Of a DNA stretch of 64,000 bases, positions 24,601 to 39,600 are shown in pieces (the first letter of the stretch is position 1; every line of letters starts with the position of its first letter). The notes beneath the pieces were generated by a model that was not told where the DNA came from, ran no database searches, and saw only the letters and a list, made by a program, of their open reading frames with translations. The translations under genes were made by a program, and so were the position numbers. The DNA comes from Eledone cirrhosa (lineage: Eukaryota), in the NCBI GenBank assembly GCA_964016885.1, contig OZ024745.1:11098001-11162000 (forward strand), given 5' to 3'.

Positions 24601-27600
24601 TCTCACCTCCTCTTCTACATGTTATTGGTACCACCTAGACACCAAGGTAACTTTTGTACACATTACTGTCAGAAACCCCTGTCTCACCCCCTCTTCTACA
24701 TGTTATTGGTACGACCTAGACACCAAGATAACTTTGGTACACATTACTGTCAGAAACCCCTGTCTCACCTCCTCTTCTACATGTTATTGGTACCACCTAG
24801 ACACCAAGTTAACTTTGGTACACATTACTGTCAGAAAACCCTGTCTCACTCCCTCTTCTACATGTTATTGGTACCACCTAGACACCAAGATAACTTTGGT
24901 ACACATTACTGTCAGAAACCCCTGCCTCACCTCCTCTTCTACATGTTATTGGTACCACCTAGACACCAAGGTAACTTTAGTACACATTACTGTCAGAAAC
25001 CCCTGTCTCACCCCCTCTTCTACATGTTATTGGTACCACCTAGACACCAAGGTAACTTTGGTACACATTACTGTCAGAAACCCCTGTCTCACCTCCTCTT
25101 CTAAATGTTATTGGTACCACCTAGACACCAAGGTAACTTTGGTACACATTACTGTCAGAAACCCCTGTCTCACCTCCTCTTCTACATGTTATTGGTACCA
25201 CCTAGACACCAAGGTAACTTTGGTAACATTACTGTCAGAAACTCCTGTCTCACCCTCTCTTCCACATGTTATTGGTACCACCTAGACACCAAGATAACTT
25301 TGGTACACAATACTGTCAGAAACCCCTGTCTCACCCCATCTTCTACATGTTATTGGTACCACCTAGACACCAAGGTAACTTTGGTACACATTACTGTCAG
25401 AAACCTCTGTCTCACCTCCTCTTCTACATGTTATTGGTACCACCTAATCACCAAGGTAACTTGGTACACATTACTGTCAGAAACTCCTGTCTCCCCTCCT
25501 CTTCTACATGTTATTGGTACCACCTAGACACCAAGATAACTTTGGTACATATTACTGTCAGAAACCCCTGTCTCACCCCCTCTTATACATGTTATTGGTA
25601 CCACCTAAACACCAAGATAACTTTGGTACACATTACTGTCAGAAACCCCTGTCTCACCTCCTCTTCTACATGTTATTGGTACCACCTAGACACCAAGGTA
25701 ACTTTGGTACACATTACTGTCAGAAACCCCTGTCTCACCTCCTCTTCTACATGTTATTGGTACCACCTAGACACCAAGGTAACTTTGGTACACATTACTG
25801 TCAGAAACTCCTGTCTCACCCCCTCTTCTACATGTTATTGGTACCACCTAGACACCAAGGTAACTTTGGTACACATTACTGTCAGAAACCCCTGTCTCAC
25901 CTCCTCTTCTACATGTTATTGGTACCACCTAGACACCAAGGTAACTTTGGTACACATTACTGTCAGAAACCCCTGTCTCACCTCCTCTTCTACATGTTAT
26001 TGGTACCACCTAGACACCAAGGTAACTTTGGTACACATTACTGTCAGAAACTCCTGTCTCACCCCCTCTTCTACATGTTATTGGTACCACCTAGACACCA
26101 AGGTAACTTTGGTACACATTACTGTCAGAAACCCCTGTCTCACCTCTTCTTCTACATGTTATTGGTACCACCTAGACACCAAGGTAACTTTGGTACACAT
26201 TACTGTCAGAAACCCCTGTCTCACCCCCTCTTCTACATGTTATTGGTACCACCTAGACACCAAGATAACTTTGGTACATATTACTGTCAGAAACCCCTGC
26301 CTCACCTCCTCTTCTACATGTTATTGGTACCACCTAGACACCAAGGTAACTTTGGTACACATTACTGTCAGAAACCTCTGTCTCACCTCCTCTTCTACAT
26401 GTTATTGGTACCACCTAATCACCAAGGTAACGTTGGTACACATTACTGTCAGAAACTCCTGTCTCACTCCCTCTTCTACATGTTATTGGTACCACCTAGA
26501 CACCAAGGTAACTTTGGTACACATTACTGTCAGAAACCCCTGTCTCACCTCCTCTTCTACATGTTATTGGTACCACCTAGACACCAAGGCAACTTTGGTA
26601 CACATTACTGTCAGAAACCCCTGTCTCACCTCCTCTTCTACATGTTATTGGTACCACCTAGACACCAAGGCAACTTTGGTACACATTACTGTCAGAAACT
26701 CCTGTCTCACCTCCTCTTCCACATGATTTTGGTACCACCTAGACACCAAGATAACTTTGGTACACATTACTGTCAGAAACCCCTGTCTAACCCCCTCTTC
26801 TACATGTTATTGGTACCACCTAGACATTAAGGTAACTTTGGTACACATTACTGTCAGAAACCCCTGTCTCACCCACTCTTCTACATGTTATTGGTACCAC
26901 CTAGACACCAAGATAACTTTGGTACACATTACTGTCAGAAACTCCTGTTTCACCTCCTCTTCTACATGTTATTGGTACCACCTAGACACCAAGATAACTT
27001 TGGTACACATTACTGTCAGAAACTCCTGTCTCACATCCTCTTCTACATGTTATTGGTACCACCTAGACACCAAGGTAACTTTGGTACACATTACTGTCAG
27101 AAACCCCTGTCTCACCCCCTCTTCTACATGTTATTGGTACCACCTAGACACCAAGGTAACTTTGGTACACATTACTGTCAGAAACCCCTGTCTCACCTCC
27201 TCTTCTACATGTTATAGGTACCACCTAGACACCAAGGTAACTTTGGTACACATTACTGTCAGAAACCCCTGCATCACCCCTCTTCTACATGTTATTGGTA
27301 CCACCTAGACACCAAGGTAACTTTAGTACACATTACTGTCAGAAACCCCTGTCTCACCTCCTCTTCTACATGTTATTGGTACCACCTAGACACCAAGGTA
27401 ACTTTGGTACACATTACTGCCAGAAACCCCTGTCTCACCCCCTCTTCTACATGTTATTGGTACCACCTAGACACCAAGGTAACTTTGGTACACATTACTG
27501 TCAGAAACCCCTGTCTCACCTCCTCTTCTAAATGTTATTGGTACCACCTAGACACCAAGGTAACTTTGGTACACATTAATGTCAGAAATTCCTGCCTCAC

Positions 27601-30600
27601 CTCCTCTTCTACATGTTATTGGTACCACCTAGACACCAAGGTAACTTTAGTACACATTACTGTCAGAAACCCCTGTCTCACCCCCTCTTCTACATGTTAT
27701 TGGTACCACCTAGACACCAAGGTAACTTTGGTACACATTACTGTCAGAAACCCCTGTCTCACCTCCTCTTCTAAATGTTATTGGTACCACCTAGACACCA
27801 AGGTAACTTTGGTAACATTACTGTCAGAAACTCCTGTCTCACCCCCTCTTCCACATGTTATTGGTACCACCTAGACACCAAGATAACTTTGGTACACAAT
27901 ACTGTCAGAAACCCCTGTCTCACCCCATCTTCTACATGTTATTGGTACCACCTAGACACCAAGGTAACTTTGGTACACATTACTGTCAGAAACCTCTGTC
28001 TCACCTCCTCTTCTACATGTTATTGGTACCACCTAATCACCAAGGTAACTTTGGTACACATTACTGTCAGAAACTCCTGTCTCACTCCCTCTTCTACATG
28101 TTATTGGTACCACCTAGACACCAAGGTAACTTGGTACACATTACTGTCAGAAACTCCTGTCTCCCCTCCTCTTCTACATGTTATTGGTACCACCTAGACA
28201 CCAAGATAACTTTGGTACATATTACTGTCAGAAACCCCTGTCTCACCCCCTCTTATACATGTTATTGGTACCACCTAAACACCAAGGTAACTTTGGTACA
28301 CTTTACTGTCAGAAACTCCTGTCTCACCCACTGTTCTACATGTTATTGGTACCACCTAGACACCAAGGTAACTTTGGTACACATTACTGTCAGAAACCCC
28401 TGTCTCACCTCCTCTTCTACATGTTATTGGTACCACCTAGACACCAAGGCAACTTTGGTACACATTACTGTCAGAAACCCCTGTCTCACCTCCTCTTCTA
28501 CATGTTATTGGTACCACCTAGACACCAAGGCAACTTTGGTACACATTACTGTCAGAAACTCCTGTCTCACCTCCTCTTCCACATGATTTTGGTACCACCT
28601 AGACACCAAGATAACTTTGGTACACATTACTGTCAGAAACCCCTGTCTAACCCCCTCTTCTACATGTTATTGGTACCACCTAGACATTAAGGTAACTTTG
28701 GTACACATTACTGTCAGAAACCCCTGTCTCACCCCCTCTTCTACATGTTATTGGTACCACCTAGACACCAAGGTAACTTTGGTACACATTACTGTCAGAA
28801 ACCCCTGCATCACCCCTCTTCTACATGTTATTGGTACCACCTAGACACCAAGGTAACTTTAGTACACATTACTGTCAGAAACCCCTGTCTCACCCCTTTT
28901 TCTACATGTTACTGGTACCACCTAGACACCAAGATAACTTTGGTACACATTACTGTCAGAAACCCCTGTCTCACCTCCTCTTCTACATGTTATTGGTACC
29001 ACCTAGACACCAAGGTAACTTTGGTACACATTACTGCCAGAAACCCCTGTCTCACCCCCTCTTCTACATGTTATTGGTACCACCTAGACACCAAGGTAAC
29101 TTTGGTACACATTACTGTCAGAAACCCCTGTCTCACCTCCTCTTCTAAATGTTATTGGTACCACCTAGACACCAAGGTAACTTTGGTACACATTAATGTC
29201 AGAAATTCCTGCCTCACCCCCTCTTCTACATGTTATTGGTACCACCTAGACACCAAGGTAACTTTGGTACACATTACTGTCAGAAACTCCTGTCTCACCC
29301 CCTCTTCCACATGTTATTGGTACCACCTAGACACCAAGGCAACTTTGGTACACATTACTGTCAGAAACCCCTGTCTCACCTCCTCTTCTACATGTTATTG
29401 ATACCACCTAGACACCAAGATAACTTTGGTACACATTACTGTCAGAAACTCCTGTCTCACCTCCTCTTCTACATGTTATTGGTACCACCTAGACACCAAG
29501 GTAACTTTGGTACACATTACTGTCAGAAACCCCTGTCTCACCCCCTCTTCTACATGTTATTGGTACGACCTAGACACCAAGATAACTTTGGTACACATTA
29601 CTGTCAGAAACCCCTGTCTCACCCACTCTTCTACATGTTATTGGTACCACCTAGACACCAAGATAACTTTGGTACACATTACTGTCAGAAACCCCCGTCT
29701 CACCTCCTCTTCTACATGTTATTGGTACCACCTAGACACCAAGGTAACTTTGGTACACATTACTGTCAGAAACCCCTGTCTCACCTCCTCTTCTACATGT
29801 TATTGGTACCACCTAGACACCAAGGTAACTTTGGTACACATTACTGTCAGAAAACCCTGTCTCACTCCCTCTTCTACATGTTATTGGTACCACCTAGACA
29901 CCAAGATAACTTTGGTACACATTACTGTCAGAAACCCCTGCCTCACCTCCTCTTCTACATGTTATTGGTACCACCTAGACACCAAGGTAACTTTAGTACA
30001 CATTATTGTCAGAAACCCCTGTCTCACCCCCTCTTCTACATGTTATTGGTACCACCTAGACACCAAGGTAACTTTGGTACACATTACTGTCAGAAACCCC
30101 TGTCTCACCTCCTCTTCTAAATGTTATTGGTACCACCTAGACACCAAGGTAACTTTGGTACACATTACTGTCAGAAACTCCTGTCTCACCTCCTCTTCTA
30201 CATGTTATTGGTACCACCTAGACACCAAGGTAACTTTGGTAACATTACTGTCAGAAACTCCTGTCTCACCCCCTCTTCCACATGTTATTGGTACCACCTA
30301 GACACCAAGATAACTTTGGTACACAATACTGTCAGAAACCCCTGTCTCACCCCATATTCTACATGTTATTGGTACCACCTAGACACCAAGGTAACTTTGG
30401 TACACATTACTGTCAGAAACTCCTGTCTCACTCCCTCTTCTACATGTTATTGGTACCACCTAGACACCAAGGTAACTTGGTACACATTACTGTCAGAAAC
30501 TCCTGTCTCCCCTCCTCTTCTACATGTTATTGGTACCACCTAGACACCAAGATAACATTGGTACATATTACTGTCAGAAACCCCTGTCTCACCCCCTCTT

Positions 30601-33600
30601 ATACATGTTATTGGTACCACCTAAACACCAAGGTAACTTTGGTACACTTTACTGTCAGAAACTCCTGTCTCACCCACTGTTCTACATGTTATTGGTACCA
30701 CCTAGACACCAAGGTAACTTTGGTACACATTACTGTCAGAAACCCCTGTCTCACCTCCTCTTCTACATGTTATTGGTACCACCTAGACACCAAGGCAACT
30801 TTGGTACACATTACTGTCAGAAACCCCTGTCTCACCTCCTCTTCTACATGTTATTGGTACCACCTAGACACCAAGGAAACTTTGGTACACATTATTGTCA
30901 GAAACTCCTGTCTCACCTCCTCTTCCACATGATTTTGGTACCACCTAGACACCAAGATAACTTTGGTACACATTACTGTCAGAAACCCCTGTCTAACCCC
31001 CTCTTCTACATGTTATTGGTACCACCTAGACACCAAGATAACTTTGGTACACATTACTGTCAGAAACTCCTGTCTCACCTCCTCTTCTACATGTTATTGG
31101 TACCACCTAGACACCAAGATAACTTTGGTACACATTACTGTCAGAAACTCCTGTCTCACCTCCTCTTCTACATGTTATTGGTACCACCTAGACACCAAGG
31201 TAACTTTGGTACACATTACTGTCAGAAACCTCTGTCTCACCCCCTCTTCTACATGTTATTGGTACCACCTAAACACCAAGATAACTTTGGTACACATTAC
31301 TGTCAGAAACCCCTGTCTCACCCCCTCTTCTACATGTTATTGGTACCACCTAGACACCAAGATAACTTTGGTACACATTACTGTCAGAAACCCCTGTCTC
31401 ACCTCCTCTTCTACATGTTATTGGTACCACCTAGACACCAAGGTAACTTTGGTACACATTACTGTCAGAAACCCCTGTCTCACCTCCTCTTCTACATGTT
31501 ATTGGTACCACCTAGACACCAAGGTAACTTTGGTACACATTACTGTCAGAAACCCCTGTCTCACTCCCTCTTCTACATGTTATTGGTACCACCTAGACAC
31601 CAAAATAACTTTGGTACACATTACTGTCAGAAACCCCTGCCTCACCTCCTCTTCTACATGTTATTGGTACCACCTAGACACCAAGGTAACTTTGGTACAC
31701 ATTACTGTCAGAAACCCCTGTCTCACCTCCTCTTCTAAATGTTATTGGTACCACCTAGACACAGAAGGTAACTTTGGTACACATTACTGTCAGAAACCCC
31801 TGTCTCACCTCCTCTTCTACATGTTATTGGTACCACGTAGACACCAAGGTAACCTTGTTAACATTACTGTCAGAAACTCCTGTCTCACCCCCTCTTCCAC
31901 ATGTTATTGGTACCACCTAGACACCAAGATAACTTTGGTACACATTACTGTCAGAAACCCCTGTCTCACCCCCTCTTCTACATGTTATTGGTACCACCTA
32001 GACACCAAGGTAACTTTGGTACACATTACTGTTAGAAACCCCGTCTCACCCCTCTTCTACATGTTATTGGTATCACCTAGACACCAAGGTAACTTTGGTA
32101 CACATTACTGTCAGAAACTCCTGTCTCACCCCCTCTTCCACATGTTATTGGTACCACCTAGACACCAAGATAACTTTGGTACACATTACTGTCAGAAACT
32201 CCTGTCTCACCTCCTCTTCTACATGTTATTGGTACCACCTAGACACCAAGATAACTTTGGTACACATTACTGTCAGAAACTCCTGTCTCACCTCCTCTTC
32301 TACATGTTATTGGTACCACCTAGACACCAAGGTAACTTTGGTACACATTACTGTCAGAAACCCCTGTCTCACCCCCTCTTCTACATGTTATTGGTACGAC
32401 CTAGACACCAAGATAACTTTGGTACACATTACTGTCAGAAACCCCTGTCTCACCCCCTCTTCTACATGTTATTGGTACCACCTAGACACCAAGATAACTT
32501 TGGTACACATTACTGTCAGAAACCCCTGTCTCACCTCCTCTTCTACATGTTATTGGTACCACCTAGACACCAAGGTAACTTTGGTACACATTACTGTCAG
32601 AAACCCCTGTCTCACCTCCTCTTCTACATGCTATTGGTACCACCTAGACACCAAGGTAACTTTGGTACACATTACTGTCAGAAAACCCTGTCTCACTCCC
32701 TCTTCTACATGTTATTGGTACCACCTAGACACCAAGATAACTTTGGTAGACATTACTGTCAGAAACCCCTGCCTCACCTCCTCTTCTACATGTTATTGGT
32801 ACCACCTAGACACCAAGGTAACTTTAGTACACATTACTGTCAGAAACCCCTGTCTCACCCCCTCTTCTACATGTTATTGGTACCACCTAGACACCAAGGT
32901 AACTTTGGTACACATTACTGTCAGAAACCCCTGTCTCACCTCCTCTTCTAAATGTTATTGGTACCACCTAGACACCAAGGTAACTTTGGTACACATTACT
33001 GTCAGAAACCCCTGTCTCACCTCCTCTTCTACATGTTATTGGTACCACCTAGACACCAAGGTAACTTTGGTAACATTACTGTCAGAAACTCCTGTCTCAC
33101 CCCCCCCTTCCACATGTTATTGGTACCACCTAGACACCAAGATAACTTTGGTACACAATACTGTCAGAAACCCCTGTCTCACCCCATCTTCTACATGTTA
33201 TTGGTACCACCTAGACACCAAGGTAACTTTGGTACACATTAATGTCAGATATTCCTGCCTCACCCCCTCTTCTACATGTTATTGGTACCACGTAGACACC
33301 AAGGTAACTTTGGTACACATTACTGTCAGAAACTCCTGTCTCACCCCCTCTTCCACATGTTATTGGTACCACCTAGACACCAAGATAACTTTGGTACACA
33401 TTACTGTCAGAAACCCCTGTCTCACCTCCTCTTCTACATGTTATTGGTACCACCTAGACACCAAGATAACTTTGGTACACATTACTGTCAGAAACCCCTG
33501 TCTCACCTCCTCTTCTACATGTTATTGGTACCACCTAGACACCAAGGCAACTTTGGTACACATTACTGTCAGAAACTCCTGTCTCACCTCCTCTTCTACA

Positions 33601-36600
33601 TGTTATTGGTACCACCTACACAAAAAGGCAACTTTGGTACACATTACTGTCAGAAACTCCTGTCTCACCTCCGCTTCCACATGTTATTGGTACCACCTAG
33701 ACACCAAGATAACTTTGGTACACGTTACTGTCAGAAACCCCTGTCTCACCCCCTCTTCTACATGTTACTGGTACCACCTAGACACTAAGGTAACTTTGGT
33801 ACACATTACTGTCAGAAACCCCTGTCTCACCCCCTCTTCTACATGTTATTGGTACCACCTAGACACCAAGATAACTTTGGTACACATTACTGTCAGAAAC
33901 TCCTGTCTCACCTCCTCTTCTACATGTAATTGGTACCACCTAGACACTAAGGTAACTTTGGTACACATTACTGTCAGAAACTCCTGTCTCACCTCCTCTT
34001 CTACATGTTATTGGTACCACCTAGACACCAAGATAACTTTGGTACACATTATTGTCAGAAACTCCTGTCTCACCTCCTCTTCTACATGTTATTGGTACCA
34101 CCTAGACACCAAGGCAACTTTGGTACACATTACTGTCAGAAACTCCTGTCTCACCTCCTCTTCTACATGTTTTTGGTACCACCTAGACACCAAGGCAACT
34201 TTGGTACATATTACTTTCAGAATCCCCTGTCTCACCTCCTCTTCTACATGTTATTGGTACCACCTAGACAAAAAGGCAACTTTGGTACACATTACTGTCA
34301 GAAAACCCTGTCTCACTCCCTCTTCTACATGTTATTGGTACCACCTAGACACCAAGATAACTTTGGTAGACATTACTGTCAGAAACCCCTGCCTCACCTC
34401 CTCTTCTACATGTTATTGGTACCACCTAGACACCAAGGTAACTTTAGTACACATTACTGTCAGAAACCCCTGTCTCACCCCCTCTTCTACATGTTATTGG
34501 TACCACCTAGACACCAAGGTAACTTTGGTACACATTACTGTCAGAAACCCCTGTCTCACCTCCTCTTCTAAATGTTATTGGTACCACCTAGACACCAAGG
34601 TAACTTTGGTACACATTACTGTCAGAAACCCCTGTCTCACCTCCTCTTCTACATGTTATTGGTACCACCTAGACACCAAGGTAACTTTGGTAACATTACT
34701 GTCAGAAACTCCTTTCTCCCCCCCCCCCTTCCACATGTTATTGGTACCACCTAGACACCAAGATAACTTTGGTACACAATACTGTCAGAAACCCCTGTCT
34801 CACCCCATCTTCTACATGTTATTGGTACCACCTAGACACCAAGGTAACTTTGGTACACATTAATGTCAGATATTCCTGCCTCACCCCCTCTTCTACATGT
34901 TATTGGTACCACGTAGACACCAAGGTAACTTTGGTACACATTACTGTCAGAAACTCCTGTCTCACCCCCTCTTCCACATGTTATTGGTACCACCTAGACA
35001 CCAAGATAACTTTGGTACACATTACTGTCAGAAACCCCTGTCTCACCTCCTCTTCTACATGTTATTGGTACCACCTAGACACCAAGATAACTTTGGTACA
35101 CATTACTGTCAGAAACCCCTGTCTCACCTCCTCTTCTACATGTTATTGGTACCACCTAGACACCAAGGCAACTTTGGTACACATTACTGTCAGAAACTCC
35201 TGTCTCACCTCCTCTTCTACATGTTATTGGTACCACCTACACAAAAAGGCAACTTTGGTACACATTACTGTCAGAAACTCCTGTCTCACCTCCTCTTCCA
35301 CATGTTATTGGTACCACCTAGACACCAAGATAACTTTGGTACACGTTACTGTTAGAAACCCCTGTCTCACCCCCTCTTCTACATGTTACTGGTACCACCT
35401 AGACACTAAGTTAACTTTGGTACACATTACTGTCAGAAACCCCTGTCTCACCCCCTCTTCTACATGTTATTGGTACCACCTAGACACCAAGATAACTTTG
35501 GTACACATTACTGTCAGAAACTCCTGTCTCACCTCCTCTTCTACATGTAATTGGTACCACCTAGACACTAAGGTAACTTTGGTACACATTACTGTCAGAA
35601 ACTCCTGTCTCACCTCCTCTTCTACATGTTATTGGTACCACCTAGACACCAAGATAACTTTGGTACACATTATTGTCAGAAACTCCTGTCTCACCTCCTC
35701 TTCTACATGTTATTGGTACCACCTAGACACCAAGGAAACTTTGGTACACATTACTGTCAGAAACCCCTGTCTCACCCCCTCTTCTACATGTTATTGGTAC
35801 CACCTAGACACCAAGATAACTTTTGTACACATTACTGTCAGAAACCCCTGTCTCACCTCCTCTTCTACATGTTATTGGTACCACCTAGACACCAAGGTAA
35901 CTTTGGTACAGATTACTGTCAGAAACTCCTGCCTCACCCCCTCTTCCACATGTCATTGGTACCACCTAGACACCAAGGTAACTTTGGTACACATTACTGT
36001 CAGAAACTCCTGTCTCACTCCCTCTTCTACATGTTATTGGTACCACCTAGACACCAAGGTAACTTGGTACACATTACTGTCAGAAAATCCTGTCTCCCCT
36101 CTCCTTCTACATGTTATTGGTACCACCTAGACACCAAGATAACTTTGGTACACATTACTGTCAGAAACCCCTTTCTCACCTCCTCTTATACATGTTATTG
36201 GTACCACCTAGACACCAAGGTAACTTTGGTACGCATTACTGTCAGAAACTCCTGTCTCACCCCCTCTTCTACATGTTATTGGTACCACCTAGACACCAAG
36301 GTAACTTTGGTACACATTACGGTCAGAAACCCCTGTCTCACCTCCTCTTCTACATGTTATTGGTACCACCTAGACACCAAGGCAACTTTGGTACACATTA
36401 CTGTCAGAAACTCCTGTCTCACCTCCTCTTCTACATGTTTTTGGTACCACCTAGACACCAAGGCAACTTTGGTACACATTACTGTCAGAAACCCCTGTCT
36501 CACCTCCTCTTCTACATGTTATTGGTACCACCTAGACACCAAGATAACTTTGGTACACATTATTGTCAGAAACTCCTGTCTCACCTCCTCTTCTACATGT

Positions 36601-39600
36601 TATTGGTACCACCTAGACACCAAGGAAACTTTGGTACACATTACTGTCAGAAACCCCTGTCTCACCCCCTCTTCTACATGTTATTGGTACCACCTAGACA
36701 CCAAGATAACTTTTGTACACATTACTGTCAGAAACCCCTGTCTCACCTCCTCTTCTACATGTTATTGGTACCACCTAGACACCAAGGTAACTTTGGTACA
36801 GATTACTGTCAGAAACTCCTGCCTCACCCCCTCTTCCACATGTCATTGGTACCACCTAGACACCAAGGTAACTTTGGTACACATTACTGTCAGAAACTCC
36901 TGTCTCACTCCCTCTTCTACATGTTATTGGTACCACCTAGACACCAAGGTAACTTGGTACACATTACTGTCAGAAAATCCTGTCTCCCCTCTCCTTCTAC
37001 ATGTTATTGGTACCACCTAGACACCAAGATAACTTTGGTACACATTACTGTCAGAAACCCCTTTCTCACCTCCTCTTATACATGTTATTGGTACCACCTA
37101 GACACCAAGGTAACTTTGGTACGCATTACTGTCAGAAACTCCTGTCTCACCCCCTCTTCTACATGTTATTGGTACCACCTAGACACCAAGGTAACTTTGG
37201 TACACATTACGGTCAGAAACCCCTGTCTCACCTCCTCTTCTACATGTTATTGGTACCACCTAGACACCAAGGCAACTTTGGTACACATTACTGTCAGAAA
37301 CTCCTGTCTCACCTCCTCTTCTACATGTTTTTGGTACCACCTAGACACCAAGGCAACTTTGGTACATATTACTGTCAGAATCCCCTGTCTCACCTCCTCT
37401 TCTACATGTTATTGGTACCACCTAGACAAAAAGGCAACTTTGGTACACATTACTGTCAGAAACTCCTGTCTCACCTCCTCTTCTACATGTTATTGGTACC
37501 ACCTAGACACCAAGGCAACTTTGGTACACATTACTGTCAGAAACCCCTGTCTCACCTCCTCTTCTACATGTTATTGGTACCACCTAGACACCAAGGTAAC
37601 TTTGGTACACATTACTGTCAGAAACCCCTGTCTCACCTCCTCTTCTACATGTTATTGGTACCACCTAGACACCAAGGCAACTTTGGTACACATTACTGTC
37701 AGAAACTCCTGTCTCACCTCCTCTTCTACATGTTATTGGTACCACCTAGACACCAAGGCAACTTTGGTACACATTACTGTCAGAAACCCCTTTCTCACCT
37801 CCTCCTCTACATGTTATTGGTACCACCTAGACAAAAAGGCAACTTTGGTACACATTACTGTCAGAAACTCCTGTCTCACCTCCTCTTCCACATGTTATTG
37901 GTACCACCTAGACACCAAGATAACTTTGGTACACGTTACTGTCAGAAACCCCTGTCTCACCCCCTCTTCTACATGTTATTGGTACCACCTAGGCACTAAG
38001 GTAACTTTGGTACACATTACTGTCAGAAACCCCTGTCTCACCCCCTCTTCTACATGTTATTGGTACCACCTAGACACCAAGATAACTTTTGTACACATTA
38101 CTGTCAGAAACCCCTGTCTCACCTCCGCTACTACATGTTATTGGTACCACCTAGACACCAAGATAACTTTGGTACACATTACTGTCAGAAACCCCTGTCT
38201 CACCCCCTCTTCTACATGTTATTGGTACCACCTAGACACCAAGATAACTTTTGTACACATTACTGTCAGAAACCCCTGTCTCACCTCCTCTTCTACATGT
38301 TATTGGTACCACCTAGACACCAAGGTAACTTTGGTACAGATTACTGTCAGAAACTCCTGCCTCACCCCCTCTTCTACATGTCATTGGTACCACCTAGACA
38401 CCAAGGTAACTTTGGTACACATTACTGTCAGAAACTCCTGTCTCACTCCCTCTTCTACATGTTATTGGTACCACCTAGACACCAAGGTAACTTGGTACAC
38501 ATTACTGTCAGAAAATCCTGTCTCCCCTCTCTTTCTACATGTTATTGGTACCACCTAGACACCAAGATAACTTTGGTACACATTACTGTCAGAAACCCCT
38601 GTCTCACCCCCTCTTATACATGTTATTGGTACCACCTAGACACCAAGGTAACTTTGGTACACATTACTGTCAGAAACTCCTGTCTCACCCCCTCTTCTAC
38701 ATGTTATTGGTACCACCTAGACACCAAGGTAACTTTGGTACACATTACGGTCAGAAACCCCTGTCTCACCTCCTCTTCTACATGTTATTGGTACCACCTA
38801 GACACCAAGGCAACTTTGGTACACATTACTGTCAGAAACTCCTGTCTCACCTCCTCTTCTACATGTTTTTGGTACCACCTAGACACCAAGGCAACTTTGG
38901 TACATATTACTGTCAGAATCCCCTGTCTCACCTCCTCTTCTACATGTTATTGGTACCACCTAGACAAAAAGGCAACTTTGGTACACATTACTGTCAGAAA
39001 CTCCTGTCTCACCTCCTCTTCTACATGTTATTGGTACCACCTAGACACCAAGGCAACTTTGGTACACATTACTGTCAGAAACCCCTGTCTCACCTCCTCT
39101 TCTACATGTTATTGGTACCACCTAGACACCAAGGTAACTTTGGTACACATTACTGTCAGAAACCCCTGTCTCACCTCCTCTTCTACATGTTATTGGTACC
39201 ACCTAGACACCAAGGCAACTTTGGTACACATTACTGTCAGAAACTCCTGTCTCACCTCCTCTTCTACATGTTGTTGGTACCACCTAGACACCAAGGCAAC
39301 TTTGGTACACATTACTGTCAGAAACCCCTTTCTCACCTCCTCTTCTACATGTTATTGGTACCACCTAGACAAAAAGGCAACTTTGGTACACATTACTGTC
39401 AGAAACTCCTGTCTCACCTCCTCTTCCACATGTTATTGGTACCACCTAGACACCAAGATAACTTTGGTACACGTTACTGTCAGAAACCCCTGTCTCACCC
39501 CCTCTTCTACATGTTATTGGTACCACCTAGGCACTAAGGTAACTTTGGTACACATTACTGTCAGAAACCCCTGTCAAACCCCCTCTTCTACATGTTATTG

